Position numbers and translations under genes: made by a program
Assembly: GCF_009834535.1 (NCBI RefSeq)
Contig: NC_045696.1
Location: 112,532,001-112,596,000, forward strand
DNA: 64,000 nucleotides
Source: Camelus ferus
Lineage: Eukaryota
Reading direction: 5' to 3'
The notes under the pieces: generated by a model
The model's input: only the letters and a program-made list of their open reading frames with translations
Told to the model about the DNA's origin: nothing
Database searches by the model: none
Shown here: one piece after another, positions 61,621-64,000 of the stretch
How the letters are laid out: the number at the start of each line of letters is the position of its first letter
Numbering within the stretch: the first letter of the stretch is position 1

Positions 61621-62175
61621 TGCTTTGAAAAAGAATTTCTTATCCTTATCTTTCAGGTTTCAGGATCTGTGGAAAGGGTCATATCTGACTATTCCAGTAT
61701 TTCCACCCAACCAGGTGGAAACAGTTCTTATCTCCAAAATGAAGACCCACGGTAGGTTAGTCACTGAGTGTGATGGAATCATAACAGTATCCAACAAGTG
61801 CCTGTATACCACGGGCACTCAAACAATGCTGATGTGCCGGCCGATGACACAGTACCTCGGGGCCAAACTCCAGATAAAACCTGTTGGAGGTACCCTGCCT
61901 CACTCTCAACTGTTCTGCACCCACCCCAAGGTGGTCAACTTGCTCTTTCGGGGAAAGAGGGCTAGTAATGCTACAGTCAGTCCATTGCTGGCAGGGCCCA
62001 ACCATGCCCGGCTGTACAAGTCAGTGATGTCCTCACAAGTGGCCAGCAGCAGGGGTCTGTCCCAGGGCAAAGACTGGAAAAAAAAAAAACATGTTGCCAA
62101 CCCCAAGATTCACAATATAGAGTCAGTCCTTACCCTGAGCAGCGCTGCTAGAAGTAGCAGTGGTGCGAGTTGCTA

Positions 62176-62208
62176 GATTATTCCAGGATTATCCCACGAT
62201 TATTCCAA
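62176..62208. repeat. 11-bp tandem repeat x3
   Basis: gattattccag gattatcccac gattattccaa. Confidence 0.85.
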
Positions 62209-64000
62209 GCAAGATTACGCCTTGCCTATCATATTCTTTCATTCCAGTAAGTGAAAATAATCTACTGTTCGGTTGCTGCAGTGTCTCCTAGTTAAGTGCC
62301 TACCAGCCATTTAAATAAATATTATACAGAAGCATAACCAAGACATCCCCTCCTAAAACAGTGCTAAACTTCAAAGAAGGTGCAGTTACTAATCTAACAC
62401 TAAGGATGGAGGGAACTTAAAAGAAGTGAGCTCCAGCAGGCACGGTCATGAAGCACTGCTCAGCTAGTACACTACGGAGATGCTCTACAAGAGGTTGACC
62501 TCAGCCAAAACTTACTTTCCAATACATTACATGTATAAACCTTACTCTGAGATGACAGCCTGTAAGGAGATTTTTTTCATTGTATTAGAAGTGTACTTTT
62601 GTCTCTTTTTCCTTCCCTTAAAGTTTTTCCCCTACCTCATCTTCCCCTCATGCATACCAGTTCACAAATGGAATCCGACTCTAAATCCTTTTGCAATCCC
62701 TTTATGCACAGACTATTTTGTAATTGATGGTCCTTACCCAGGAAACCAGAACATGTAGGTGTTCACAATACACCAATTTTCATGCCTTGATGGTGTTAAT
62801 CTGAAAAAGCAGGAATTAGAGAAACAGAGGTCTATGGTTCTTAGGTGAGGAAGACTGGAATACTTTTCAAGCTATTAATACTATATTTTATGTAAAATCT
62901 GAATCTCAAATATGAATGCATAACTATGAAATCAACTAGCTTATATGCAAAATTCCCAAAGGGAGAGAGAACATGTAAGAAGTAATTAGAAATCTCTTGT
63001 GAGTACACAGTCTATATATGATGTACATACACACAGGATAGCAGCCTAAAATAAATTTAACAAACAGGGTGTCTCCTTTCCGTTACTGCCTTTTACAGAC
63101 ATCTTTAACCTTTCTACATGGATCAGGCTGCCCTAATAGTAGCGGATTTCAGCTACAGATACTTTCACCTGGGAAGTCAAACATCATGAGGCTCCTGCAA
63201 GCCCCTCGTCTCAATTAAGGATCAGGTGAGCCCAGCTCAACTGAATTATGGTCCACAGTGTGTACCACGCTGACTGCAATGAGATGAGTGACTCAGTCCC
63301 TCCAGCAAGGGGTGTGCAGTCTAAATAGAGAAGCCAGATCTACACAAGTGACAAATGGAGGACAGTAAAGCCAGGGATATTTTGATGCTAAAATCTGCCT
63401 TGCAGAGAAGAAGTGACACCAGAGCTAAGACAGGGTTGCCCAGGCTTAGCCATGGCTCAAAGAGGCTTGAGCTGGAAGAAAAGGAGTTGTTGGCTAGATA
63501 ACAGTCAGGTGTGCCCTAGCCTAGGGGTTCGAATCGAGGTCAGTAAATGAGGCTAAAATCACAAAACTAAGATCACCCTTGAAAATCCCCTAACTCTATA
63601 AAGTACAGTTTGGCATTTAAAATACAAATACAGAGGACAGTTCTATAGTACTACTTAATACATATCTATATAGCTCACATTGCTTAGATTAAATGCACAG
63701 ATGATACTTCATTGAAGAGAAGTTCAGATGGGTTATTCGAAACAGCAGTCTGGCTTCTCAAAAGTCCAAGTGGAAGAGCTTCCTAGGGATTGCAGACCTT
63801 GCTTCAGAGAGAATGTTGCTTCATGTCCCAAGGTCTCCAATCTATGCCTTAATTCCGTGTCCTACCCAATTCTAGTTTAGTGGTCCTAATGCCAGGTCCT
63901 GCTACCCAAAATTACAATCCTGAGATTTCTGCCCAGCTCATTTTTGACCCAAACTGAGGTCCATTCTGATGTTGTGATTTAGACCTACCCTAAGCCATGC

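Noticed and set aside
1..64000. Assigning a host gene or transcription direction from L1 strand bias
   Set aside because: L1 copies occur on both strands and no exon of a known gene was recognised.

Overview
This is mammalian non-coding, repeat-rich DNA. It is most likely from a camelid, because it carries three tRNA-derived Vic-1-type SINEs and cetartiodactyl-type L1 3' ends. I recognise no host protein-coding exon, RNA gene, CRISPR array or prokaryotic system. The only ORFs I can assign are transposon relics: L1 ORF1/ORF2 and Tigger1 transposase. The most notable structure is at 27265-31009. A MER41-like solo LTR (TG...CA ends, AAAT TSD, intact STAT GAS site) is split by a 3.2-kb insertion with a 15-bp TSD. 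That insertion is an ORF1-only 'half-L1' (HAL1-like) element followed by about 1.2 kb of older repeat fragments and two further poly(A)-like tracts, which looks like a possibly serial 3' transduction. The rest of the window has nested L1, Tigger, hAT, MIR and L2 elements, a diverged ~250-bp tandem duplication at the left edge, repeat-poor blocks with candidate regulatory motifs, and a few unproven candidate exons. Repeat family names come from my recall of consensus sequences, not from a search. Boundaries of old repeats are approximate.
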